Below are positions 47,198 to 56,233 of a stretch of DNA of 64,000 nucleotides, in pieces; position 1 is the stretch's first letter; each line of letters opens with the position of its first letter. The notes under the pieces are model-generated. The model made no database searches, had not been told where the DNA came from, and saw only the letters and a list, made by a program, of their open reading frames with translations. A program made the translations under genes and the position numbers. Origin of the DNA: an uncultured Bacteroidota bacterium (lineage in GTDB: Bacteria; Bacteroidota; Ignavibacteria; Kryptoniales; JAKASW01); the NCBI GenBank assembly GCA_963704305.1, contig OY969888.1:27168-91167 (forward strand). The letters run 5' to 3'.

Positions 47198-48265
47198 TCA
47201 GGGGTTTACTGCGGACAACCTGATCTTGTTCAACGAGTCTCGGCTTTGCGGAGAGTGACAAAATTCCACGCAGTACAGTTTCATTGAGCCTGCTGTCACC
47301 TGAAGACTGACAAGCACATCCGTGTCACTCGAATCGGAAATTATCTCATATGAACGAAAGTCATTGATCGTTATCTCCAATCCGGTCTCCTTACTCCTAA
47401 CGTCACTCCCCAAAATAAGATGTTCGGCCGACTCGTTCGATGTATGAACTCTTACTGTAGATCCGGCCTCGGACCCCACGAAGACGAAGACGGATTCCTG
47501 GCTTGAGCAGCTGATGTAGGCAATGCTTCCTGATTTTCCTTCGACGAAATCTCTGCCGACATACCACTCACCAACCGGATAGATCGAGTTCTGGAGATAG
47601 AAGTCCGGAAGCGAGAACAACTGATCTGTCTCGGGTACGACCTCGCTGCTAAACGCATAGTCTCCCCTTGCGTAGCCCATCTGACGCACCACGGATCCAC
47701 CGCAAGAACGGATGAAGTCGTAATCCATCTCGCCGATCGCGGGCAATTCGTCCCTGTATCCTGACAATGCAAGACGAGCCTGGATTGTCCTCTCCAATTC
47801 TCTAAAGCTGACTTCACCCTCGTATTGAGACCTGACGAAAGAATTCGAATCGATCGCAAGCACCGACGGCATCACCCTGACCCCGGCTCGCAACAAGATC
47901 GCGCTGTTCGCATCGAAGATCGTATTCGTCTTAGAAGAGAATTCACCGCCACTTGGAGCGGATGCGTCCTGGTTAGAAGCTGTTGACCGAAGCAGACCGA
48001 GTCTCTCCAGTGTTACGCGTGCAACGTCTCCGCGATCCATGCACGAAGGCCGCGGCTCCATAACGTACCAGAACCCAACAGGAAATCTTTTGTAACGCTC
48101 GGCGAAATTGCGAATCACCCCGATTGCATAAATGGAGTTCATTGTCAGGGGTTCAAAGAATACAACAACGTTGATGAGATTTGCAAAATAGTCCACCTCT
48201 ACCGCTTCACCGTTCACGTTTATTCCGCTTATTGACGGCGCTCGCGGCAGTTCTCTTGGGTCCAT
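47198..48265 (-). CDS. hypothetical protein (355 aa)
   Basis: Long ORF with protein-like composition. No diagnostic motif recognised. Confidence 0.6.
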   Translation of the reverse strand: MDPRELPRAPSISGINVNGEAVEVDYFANLINVVVFFEPLTMNSIYAIGVIRNFAERYKRFPVGFWYVMEPRPSCMDRGDVARVTLERLGLLRSTASNQDASAPSGGEFSSKTNTIFDANSAILLRAGVRVMPSVLAIDSNSFVRSQYEGEVSFRELERTIQARLALSGYRDELPAIGEMDYDFIRSCGGSVVRQMGYARGDYAFSSEVVPETDQLFSLPDFYLQNSIYPVGEWYVGRDFVEGKSGSIAYISCSSQESVFVFVGSEAGSTVRVHTSNESAEHLILGSDVRSKETGLEITINDFRSYEIISDSSDTDVLVSLQVTAGSMKLYCVEFCHSPQSRDSLNKIRLSAVNP

Positions 48266-48351
48266 GCCTCTTACTTAACCAAAACCAGATCAAAATGCAA
48301 TGACGAACCGGGTTCGAAGACGTGGTTTTTGTCTAAGTAACCCAAAGCTCC

Positions 48352-49071
48352 TCAAACGTTCTCGAGAAGCATGAATTCGATCTTCTTTTTCTTCGTCGCG
48401 ATCCGCTTTGCGACAAGATCCTGTCTCCGGTAAAGTGCCTTCTCCTTCCATCGACAAATGTCGTAAAGCGGACAATCATAACACTTAGGTCTCTGAGCGG
48501 TACAGGTCTTGCGCCCGAACTTTATCAGGTTAATGTGAATTTCATAACCGCGATTCGGAGGAATAGAATCCTTCACTCTCAGGTAAGTCTTATCGGGAGT
48601 CTTCTCACGCACCACGCCGAGTCTGTTGAGGATTCTGTGAACATGTGTATCAACCGGAAAAGCGTCGTTGTCGCCGAGTGCAAACAATGACACGCAAGCA
48701 GCGGTCTTATAACCGATGCCGTTCAAACGGCGGAGCCTCTCGATCAGGTCATCCCTTTCGATCCTTCTCAAGCTTACGCGGTCGAACTTCGCGAAGTATT
48801 TCTTGATTTCCTTCACAATCATTACAATGGTTTTGCTCTTCTTCCTTGAAATTCCACCGACTCTGATGACAGGCTCGATCACGCGAGGGTTCATGTCGGC
48901 AAGATCCAGGAAATCAGTAACTTCATTCTTGAGGTTCACGAAAGCCTTGTGGCTGTTCACGTCATTCGTGTTTTGAGATAAGATGGTTGCGATGAGAAGC
49001 TCAAGCGGATTCGGAGGTTTCTTCCCGCGCTCCGGCACGCCGAACATCTCCCGCAGCCTCGAAGCAACCAT
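48352..49071 (-). CDS. nth: endonuclease III-family HhH-GPD DNA glycosylase with an [4Fe-4S] loop
   Basis: LIATILSQNTND, GIGYKTAACV, VDTHVHRI, CTAQRPKCYDCPLYDIC. I chose the start at 49071 to clear the upstream gene; the track ORF extends to 49194. Confidence 0.85.
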   Translation of the reverse strand: MVASRLREMFGVPERGKKPPNPLELLIATILSQNTNDVNSHKAFVNLKNEVTDFLDLADMNPRVIEPVIRVGGISRKKSKTIVMIVKEIKKYFAKFDRVSLRRIERDDLIERLRRLNGIGYKTAACVSLFALGDNDAFPVDTHVHRILNRLGVVREKTPDKTYLRVKDSIPPNRGYEIHINLIKFGRKTCTAQRPKCYDCPLYDICRWKEKALYRRQDLVAKRIATKKKKIEFMLLENV

Positions 49072-49129
49072 CTCCAGCTGTGACTGGGTTTTTGATGATC
49101 CCCTATCGTCGAGTCTGCGTTGAGTGTGA

Positions 49130-50059
49130 CTATTCGATTTTGAAGACAAAAGTGGCAGTGGCTTGTTGGTCGACCTGCTGATAGTTGTTGGCAAGTTTGC
49201 TAAACCTCCATGTGCGAATCGCTGTCATTGCTGCCTCTTCCAGACGCGAGTCCGCTTTCTCGACAGGCACCATGGACATCACATTTCCTGAAGGGTCGAC
49301 ATTGATCTTAATCTTCACAGTACCCCCATGGTGAACGCCGCCAGGAAATTCCGGCCTGTCACCGGTGATCAGTGTTCGCGCCGGCCCGCCCCATGCGATT
49401 CGGAAAGGTGTGCCTGTTGGAGAATTGTTCGCCGGGTTTCCCGGTACATATCTGTCCCCAAAGCCTCCGCCAAATCCGGGTGTGTCCGTGAACCCTGCTC
49501 CCCCACCGCTCTTGTTTCCGATTCCGTTTCCTGTCCCGCCTCCGGATCCTTCTGCATTCTGGGCCGTGCCACTATATCCCTTGACGGTATCAAAGTAAGC
49601 CGGGTTCCTGTTGATTCCGACGATGTCGTTCATGCCAGGTCCCTGGAGCGATCGTGGAACTATAGATGCCTTCGGGGTTATCGAGTTCTTGCTCGCCGCT
49701 AACACAGGTTTGACTCTCCCAAAGGCAGCAGCGGCATTTTCACGAATACTTCCTTCTCCCCCTCCGGATCCTTTGACATCCATGCCGGCCGACCTCTCTC
49801 CTGCGATTCTCACTTCGATCATCCTGTAATTGGTATTTACCGGAGGAAGGATCTTCTCAACTTCCGGCGGCTGCTGATAAACCGGTTCATAAAGGAACAG
49901 TGCGAGGATGAAAGCCGCATGAATCGCCAGTGCGATGACCATGCCTCGATAGAAGTTCCTAGAATATGTCTTCTTTAACTCATACTGGCGAAAGTAGTAT
50001 GAACCGGCAACACTCGCGTGCTCATCATTGCGCCGATACAACCCAGACATCTGTTCCAA
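49130..50059 (-). CDS. TonB/TolA-like energy-transducer protein
   Basis: One TM helix (MVIALAIHAAFILALFLY), a Pro/Gly-rich linker, and a C-terminal TonB_C-like domain (GTVKIKINVDPSGNV...AAMTAIRTWRF). The start is uncertain (50059 or 50050). Confidence 0.75.
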   Translation of the reverse strand: MEQMSGLYRRNDEHASVAGSYYFRQYELKKTYSRNFYRGMVIALAIHAAFILALFLYEPVYQQPPEVEKILPPVNTNYRMIEVRIAGERSAGMDVKGSGGGEGSIRENAAAAFGRVKPVLAASKNSITPKASIVPRSLQGPGMNDIVGINRNPAYFDTVKGYSGTAQNAEGSGGGTGNGIGNKSGGGAGFTDTPGFGGGFGDRYVPGNPANNSPTGTPFRIAWGGPARTLITGDRPEFPGGVHHGGTVKIKINVDPSGNVMSMVPVEKADSRLEEAAMTAIRTWRFSKLANNYQQVDQQATATFVFKIE

Positions 50060-50612
50060 CCTTCTTTTTCATACCTTCGATTGCGGCAATGGCGCGAAGC
50101 TTCGTATCGAACGACCCAACATACACCTTGAACCATTTCCCTTCGTGCGGGACAACGCCGGCATACACGCTTGCTTCAATCCCCTTCTTCTTCAAATTCG
50201 CCGCGTACTCATCAGCAAGAGGCTTCGTCCTAAAAGCGGAGACCTGAAGTGCAAACTTCTGCGACGCATTCGCCGATGGAGCAGGCGGAGGCACCTCGAC
50301 TTTGCTAGGAGTCTCAGACGGTGCAACTGTCGGCGAAGGCTGAGCCGTCGGCACGCTCTGCGACACTGCATTGGGCTGTGCAGGCTTGCTCTCACCAAAC
50401 TTCAAGTAACCATACTCGTTCAACAAGTACAGTCCGCCTCCGACGCCGGCAATAATTATGACCACGATAGCGACCCACAGGAATTTTGAACCGCTGGTGG
50501 GAGCATCGACAAAAATGTCCTGCACCTTTGGCTCCTCAAAATTTGCGGAGCCGGTCGATTGATTCGACTGCGGGCTCTGATCTTGTTCGTCCTGGAAATT
50601 CAAACTTCCCAT
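50025..50612 (-). CDS. SPOR-domain membrane protein
   Basis: TM helix FLWVAIVVIIIAGVGGGLYLL, a Pro/Ala/Ser linker, and a C-terminal SPOR pattern (FALQVSAFRTKPLADEYAANLKKKGIEASV...WFKVYVGSF). Confidence 0.8.
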   Translation of the reverse strand: MGSLNFQDEQDQSPQSNQSTGSANFEEPKVQDIFVDAPTSGSKFLWVAIVVIIIAGVGGGLYLLNEYGYLKFGESKPAQPNAVSQSVPTAQPSPTVAPSETPSKVEVPPPAPSANASQKFALQVSAFRTKPLADEYAANLKKKGIEASVYAGVVPHEGKWFKVYVGSFDTKLRAIAAIEGMKKKVGTDVWVVSAQ

Positions 50613-50746
50613 TACGCGTTCCTCCTCAGTTGATTGAAGGTTCTGCTATTGAAAGTGCTAAATATTTTCAATTGTTGCAACCTCACTATATTGTGCTTCG
50701 ACAAATTGCGACACGCCGGACACCGTTGAACACTTTGAATTTCATT

Positions 50747-52429
50747 TCACAGTATCTTGCTGCTGATTCCGATAGAAATACATAACGGGAATTCACGATA
50801 GCCTTGCCATACATGATACCTCTGATCAAACAAATTAGTTCCCTCTGCAAAAATCTCGACCAGCATCTTCTCGATTTCCAAATCATACGACAGATGGAGA
50901 TTGAGCAGCCATGCCGCGCCGAGTCTGCTGGTTAATGCGAGATCGGAATAACGCTCCGACATGTAAAGAAAATAAGCTCCGATTGTGAATCGCGGAGTGA
51001 GTTGATAACTCGCATCCGCGTTCAAATCAAACGGCGCAAGATTCGGAATGGAACTCAAAGAATCTGCTTTTGCAATTCTATAGTTTACAGTCGCACGAGC
51101 ATTAAGTCTGTCCCTCTTATAGTCAGCTGTGATGGAGATTGTGGACACCGTGGCCCTGTCCGCGTAACCGAGCGTACTGACATTGCCGGCGCCGGAAATG
51201 AAAAAGGGAAAGTATCTCGAGGCATCGATATTGATTTGAGGTGTCACGACAACTTCATTTGAAATGCGAACGCTGCTGCCGAGAGTGAAGTTCGCGTAGT
51301 GCTGGATATTCCTTATCGGGAATGTCGCGTAGACATAGCGATCAGTTGCGAGAAAGCCAGAGAGAGATGGTTCTTCAACGAACCCGCGGAAGCGAGAAAA
51401 TAAATCTATGTTCCCGTTCAGCTTGTATGTTCCTCTCAAATCGGGATACAGTTTTGCTGCGCTATTTGACATATCATCTCTGTATTGGAAATAATCCAAT
51501 GAAAGAGAATACGAAAGATTCTCTAAATGGTTGCTGTATTCCGTGCCGACTGTCAGGTCGAAAATGGGATGGTCGAATCCCTGCGAAGTCATGGGAAACA
51601 GATCAGTCGCCAAAATAGGAGCAAGCGGCCCGACAGGATTAACTGTATGATTACCAAATTTTATCGTGCCGTCGGCACTGAGATTTCCTGATGACAACGT
51701 GAAGGCCGTGCGGACTCCAAAATCGATTGACGACTGTACATCTTTCCACGTATCCGCAAGTGAAAACCTGTCGAAGCCGAGCACAGCCATGAGCGGAACT
51801 TCTCCGATGTCCATGTCCGACTGAAGTCCGATCTTAAACTGGTCGGCTGTTCTGAGAAGGCCTGGCGTCGTGCTGCCATAGAAAAAGTAGCTCGATCGAG
51901 AATAGGCTATGTCTGCAGAATTCCTCGTCCTGGTCGCATCGTCGAACTCGAAGTTCTTCTCCGCTCCTCCCTGAATTGAAAAGGTGCGCTGAATCGTGTT
52001 GGGGATGAAGCCGGAAGTGTAGTCGCCGGACAAACTGCCGGTCAGCAGATAACCGCTGACGCCTCCGCTCCCAGAGATCAAGTAGTCAGTCGTCGTGTAA
52101 CTTCCGATTGAAGCACGGGCAAAAAGGCTTGACGAGATGCCTCCACCTAATTCCTGTGCACTCAGAGAATTGCCCATCGGAATGCCGGCACCCAACCCGG
52201 CAAGACTCAGTGCCTGGAAGTATGACGAATCGATCTCGACGGAGGGCTTATCGACACTGCGCAGCTCTGTCTCCGCCTTGCCTGTTATCACAAACTCAGG
52301 GACATTCACTTTGGGAAGTGAGGTGTCGGGTTTGAAAGTAGTCACCGGCGGAGACTCCACACCCTGTGCCAGTGCAACTGCGAACATGGCAAACATCAGG
52401 AATGGTATTTCCGCGATTCTAATTCTCAC
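50747..52429 (-). CDS. outer-membrane beta-barrel protein (TonB-dependent-receptor-like barrel, no clear plug)
   Basis: The GTG at 52429 gives the signal peptide (M)RIRIAEIPFLMFAMFAVALAQG and overlaps the cytochrome stop as GTGA. The body is a long amphipathic beta-strand pattern, with a receptor-like C-terminus (NLFDQRYHVWQGY). Confidence 0.75.
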   Translation of the reverse strand: MRIRIAEIPFLMFAMFAVALAQGVESPPVTTFKPDTSLPKVNVPEFVITGKAETELRSVDKPSVEIDSSYFQALSLAGLGAGIPMGNSLSAQELGGGISSSLFARASIGSYTTTDYLISGSGGVSGYLLTGSLSGDYTSGFIPNTIQRTFSIQGGAEKNFEFDDATRTRNSADIAYSRSSYFFYGSTTPGLLRTADQFKIGLQSDMDIGEVPLMAVLGFDRFSLADTWKDVQSSIDFGVRTAFTLSSGNLSADGTIKFGNHTVNPVGPLAPILATDLFPMTSQGFDHPIFDLTVGTEYSNHLENLSYSLSLDYFQYRDDMSNSAAKLYPDLRGTYKLNGNIDLFSRFRGFVEEPSLSGFLATDRYVYATFPIRNIQHYANFTLGSSVRISNEVVVTPQINIDASRYFPFFISGAGNVSTLGYADRATVSTISITADYKRDRLNARATVNYRIAKADSLSSIPNLAPFDLNADASYQLTPRFTIGAYFLYMSERYSDLALTSRLGAAWLLNLHLSYDLEIEKMLVEIFAEGTNLFDQRYHVWQGYREFPLCISIGISSKIL

Positions 52430-52860
52430 CTCGTTGCCACCAATTTCGGTATGCTTGATCCTCGATGACATGTGAAACAAGTGACTTTTTCCATCTGAGT
52501 ACCGAGCAGATAATTCCCGTCGATATTGGCTACCATCTTAATCATCATCCTCGCCGTCCTCTTCTGGATCTTTTCGTCGCTCGCGAAGTCGTCTGTGTTG
52601 TGGCAGAAATCGCACTTAACCCCCAGCGCCTCAGTAAACCCGCGCATGACATTTAATAGCTGATCACGAGAATGTATTCCGTGGAGGACTTTCAGATTGT
52701 TCCCGAAAGTATTGGACGAGTCCGGACTCAAAACTTGGGCGGCAACAAAGTCTGCATACTTCGGCTTCAGGTCCGGTGTCTTATTCAGATTCGCGGAGAC
52801 GATCAACGCGAGTATGATTATGGTTATCAGAACTCCGTAGAATACTGCGGTCTTATTCAC
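52426..52860 (-). CDS. membrane-anchored dihaem c-type cytochrome (photosynthetic-reaction-centre cytochrome-c-like family)
   Basis: N-terminal anchor AVFYGVLITIIILALIVSA and two CxxCH motifs (CDFCH, CFTCH). The RTARMMIKMV...VTCFTCHRG pattern resembles PRC-cytochrome-type domains. Confidence 0.8.
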   Translation of the reverse strand: MNKTAVFYGVLITIIILALIVSANLNKTPDLKPKYADFVAAQVLSPDSSNTFGNNLKVLHGIHSRDQLLNVMRGFTEALGVKCDFCHNTDDFASDEKIQKRTARMMIKMVANIDGNYLLGTQMEKVTCFTCHRGSSIPKLVATR

Positions 52861-52873
52861 TTGTTATGATCTC

Positions 52874-55800
52874 CTATTGGGATTTCAGCGCTCTCAATTT
52901 CTCTCTCGCCAATTTCGTGTACGAGTCTTCGCCTCTATCCTTGATGAATTCCTGTAGAGTCGATCTTGCCTCGAGGACGTTGCCGGAGTTTGTGAGGCAG
53001 TCCGCCAACTCAAGTTGAGATCTCGCCACCAAGTCGCTGAAGCCAGGAAAGACGTACTTGACCCGGAGGAACGACACGACGGCGTCAGAGGTATCTCCCG
53101 AGGCACAATAATACTCTGCAAGCTTCAGCTGTGCCTCTGCACCCACATGATCCTCTCTCGTTCTTGAGACAGAGGTTGCGAGTTGGATAGCATCCTGGAC
53201 GCGACCCTGACTGAAATATATCTGACTAAGCAGCACTTTTGCTTCCGCCTTTTTCTCGTCATTCGCGGAGTCAGCTTGCCCCAGATGGGATTGAGACCCG
53301 GAGGAAGAGAGAGCCACATTTGAAAGAATAGACTCTGCGTGCAGTGTGTCACCGCGCTGCAGATAGAGTCTGCCTAGATCAACCCGGGCCGCAGTTCCGT
53401 AGGTGTCCTCTGAGGATGCCGCTTCGGAAAGCAGCTTCTCGGCCTCATCATAGTTTTTCATTGATTGATAGATTTCGGCAAGCTTAATTTTTCCTGCCGA
53501 CGTGTACTCGTCGCCCGGCTTCTTGCCAATCAAATCGGTCAGGACACCGATTGCAGTCTTCTCTTTCCCTAAATCGATTTCTACGAGCGCGAGGTTATAA
53601 AGTGCCATTCCGGACAGAGAGCTCTGCGGAAATTTCACTATGAACTCTTTGGAATACCGTTCAGCTTCGGTGTAATGGTTTTGGTCCAGGGCATATTCGA
53701 CTTTTTTGTAGAAGATCCTATCAACGTGAGGCAAAGAAGGATGGTCGCGGACGAAGTTGTCTATCACTGACTCGGCTTCCCTCGCCCTTCCCAGGACAGT
53801 CAGCGAATACTGCATGCCGACGATCGCGTTGTCCACAAACTCGCTCGAAGGATATTCCGAGAGCAGGTCGCTATAGTGTTTAAGAGCTTCCTCATATTTT
53901 CCGGAATTATAGTAAGCATCTCCTTCACTGTATAATGCTCTTGAGGCAGCGGGGCTGTTGGGATAATCCGTCCTTACCTTGTCGAACTCTCCGATTGCTT
54001 GCGGGTACTCCTTCTGCGTGAAGTGTACCCAGCCGATGGCGTATTGAGCATCAGGCGCGACACTGGAAGCCGGGTATCTTCCCAGAAGAGAATGAAATGC
54101 CTCTATTGCCGGTTCATATCTTCCCAGCCAAAAATTAGATTCACCTTCCTGGTACAGAGCATAAGCTGCTGAAGTGTCACCCTGGAACTTCGTCGCCGCA
54201 GTCCGGTATACCTCGAGTGCCTTCGCATAATCCTTGTAATGGTAAAAACAATCGCCAAGTCTAAGGTAGGCATCCGACAGCAGATTCGATTGCGGGTACT
54301 TATCAATAAATCTCTGGAATAACTGAGCGGCACTCACGAGATCATTCGAGAAATATCGGGAGTATCCCTCTCCGAGAAGAGCGGTCTCGCCATGAATGCC
54401 ATCAGGATAGATTTGAAGATACTCTTTGTAGCGCGCCAGCGACGAGTCGTAGTCCCTGGCACGATACGAGGATTCTGCTGCCATATACAGCGCTTCAGAT
54501 TTGTCTTTATCCGACGAAGCGAAGTTTCGCGCTGCCGTGTAGACCTGAGCCGCGTTAGCGTAATTACCGGCCGCATATAGTGCCGCCGCGTAATCGAATT
54601 GAGCGTCGAGCAAATCCTTTCCCTGAAGTCCGCGGATAGCGTCCTGGAAATAAGCCTGAGCATTTTGATAATCGCCGCCGGATGCCGCTGATACAGCCGC
54701 ACTCTTCATCGACTTCGAGTGGAACTCGGCATCTTTGGCAGCAAGCAAGAAAGCCTCTTCGCTTTTGGAGTATGACTTATTCGCGAAATATAATTTGCCC
54801 AACTCGTAATTTGCTTCGGCAACTTGATCAGGTGTGTTGGAGGACTTAATCAATGCCAACAAAGTCGACTCGGCAGAGTCAGGTGAGCCTGCAGCTTCGT
54901 ACGCGTCCCCAACCCTCAGCCTCGACTCAAAATAGACAGGGTCGTCAGGTTTTATCTCACTCAAAAGCTGCAACGCTTTGTTCGCGCCTGTCTTTGTAGA
55001 GATTAGAAGCTTGGAAAGGAGAACACGCACTTCTGAAGAACGTTTAGCGGAAGGAAACCTGTTCAGATACTGGTTGTAGGCCAACATCGCACTGTCCGGC
55101 AAATTGATTTCTTCATGCGCTCTCCCCTCATAATACAAGGCCGGCTCGGCAATTTGATTTTCCGATGAGATCACCGATGAGTCTTCGAAACTCTTGATCG
55201 CCGAAGGATAATCTCCAGTGAAGAAATCGCACTCACCTATTTTCTCGATGGCATTTGCTTTCAACTTCGTGTCAGGATAGGAAGCAAGAAGCTCACCAAA
55301 TCTCTCTTTGCTCCTGTCAAATTCGCCGAGCTTGCCCAAGCACCATCCGGCACCATACATCGCGTAGTCAGCCAGCCCAGAATTTCTGTATCCTTCGTAC
55401 GATAACTCGAAGTATTTTATGCCATTACCATAGTCCTCCCTGGCAGTAAACACTTGACCGAGTTTGTACGCCGCCTCACCAGCCACAGTGCTGTCCTTCC
55501 CGCCAGACAATACTTCCTTCAAGAACTTTTCGGCCCTGTCAAGCTTGTTAAGCTGGAGACATACTTCACCGTAACGAAGCTCCGAACGGACATAATAACT
55601 TGAGCTGGGAAAATGGTTTATGACTTTCTCGTAGTCGCTGAGCGCGCTATCGTACATTTTTTCTTGAAGAAGGCATTCGCCTGACAGGAAAGTTATTTCG
55701 TCAATCCGGTGAGAGTCGGGATGATTCCTCAAGAACAAATTGAATTGCTGCAAAGCCAGTGCATACTGTCCGTCTTTGTAGAGACCAATCGTGAAGGCAT

Positions 55801-55903
55801 AGTCCTGCTGTTCAGATATCGTAGCGCCCGCGACTTGACCTAGTGAGACCGACGGCACTGTCGAAATCAATATGGCCAGTATGAGTTTGCCCACAGTTTT
55901 CAT
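52874..55903 (-). CDS. 1009-aa secreted TPR protein built from about 10 or more YbgF/CpoB/BamD-type repeats
   Basis: Signal peptide MKTVGKLILAILISTVPSVSLGQ. A recurring [YF]P-x-S/D...A-x-Y-x-x-G module appears throughout (YPDTKLKANA, YPQSNLLSDAYLRLG, YPNSPAASRALYSEG, YPSSEFVDNA, FPQSSLSGMALYNLA). Confidence 0.85.
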   Translation of the reverse strand: MKTVGKLILAILISTVPSVSLGQVAGATISEQQDYAFTIGLYKDGQYALALQQFNLFLRNHPDSHRIDEITFLSGECLLQEKMYDSALSDYEKVINHFPSSSYYVRSELRYGEVCLQLNKLDRAEKFLKEVLSGGKDSTVAGEAAYKLGQVFTAREDYGNGIKYFELSYEGYRNSGLADYAMYGAGWCLGKLGEFDRSKERFGELLASYPDTKLKANAIEKIGECDFFTGDYPSAIKSFEDSSVISSENQIAEPALYYEGRAHEEINLPDSAMLAYNQYLNRFPSAKRSSEVRVLLSKLLISTKTGANKALQLLSEIKPDDPVYFESRLRVGDAYEAAGSPDSAESTLLALIKSSNTPDQVAEANYELGKLYFANKSYSKSEEAFLLAAKDAEFHSKSMKSAAVSAASGGDYQNAQAYFQDAIRGLQGKDLLDAQFDYAAALYAAGNYANAAQVYTAARNFASSDKDKSEALYMAAESSYRARDYDSSLARYKEYLQIYPDGIHGETALLGEGYSRYFSNDLVSAAQLFQRFIDKYPQSNLLSDAYLRLGDCFYHYKDYAKALEVYRTAATKFQGDTSAAYALYQEGESNFWLGRYEPAIEAFHSLLGRYPASSVAPDAQYAIGWVHFTQKEYPQAIGEFDKVRTDYPNSPAASRALYSEGDAYYNSGKYEEALKHYSDLLSEYPSSEFVDNAIVGMQYSLTVLGRAREAESVIDNFVRDHPSLPHVDRIFYKKVEYALDQNHYTEAERYSKEFIVKFPQSSLSGMALYNLALVEIDLGKEKTAIGVLTDLIGKKPGDEYTSAGKIKLAEIYQSMKNYDEAEKLLSEAASSEDTYGTAARVDLGRLYLQRGDTLHAESILSNVALSSSGSQSHLGQADSANDEKKAEAKVLLSQIYFSQGRVQDAIQLATSVSRTREDHVGAEAQLKLAEYYCASGDTSDAVVSFLRVKYVFPGFSDLVARSQLELADCLTNSGNVLEARSTLQEFIKDRGEDSYTKLAREKLRALKSQ

Positions 55904-56233
55904 TTTGACGAATTTATAGAGTTACAGCCAGTTAATCAAGCTCACCTGCGATTTTACTTGAAGTAGAAGCCTCTTTTGAAGGTCCGAAGCGGCGTCCTCG
56001 ACACCTTCTTATGTTTGGACGAAGGAAAGGAACGAAATGTTGTGGGAACATCTCACCCGGCGAGGCGGAGGAATAGCAGGTTGTAATCGCAGAAACATCT
56101 CGGCAGCCAAGAAGAACTTCGTGGCAGCGATTCCCTTAGTCCAATACAGGACGTCCCGTCGCAAACACTCCTCATGGTATTTTGTTCATCCCTTAACCTG
56201 CGGATTGGAAAAAGTTTTTTTATATTGTAATAG

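Noticed and set aside
55904-56233. 330-nt divergent spacer with a GCAGCCAAG string resembling part of 4.5S RNA, and a long-range AATCGCAG/CTGCGGATT pairing
   Set aside because: The SRP similarity is limited to 9 nt with no tetraloop helix. The pairing has a bulge and no supporting inner structure that I could establish, so this is most simply two promoter regions.
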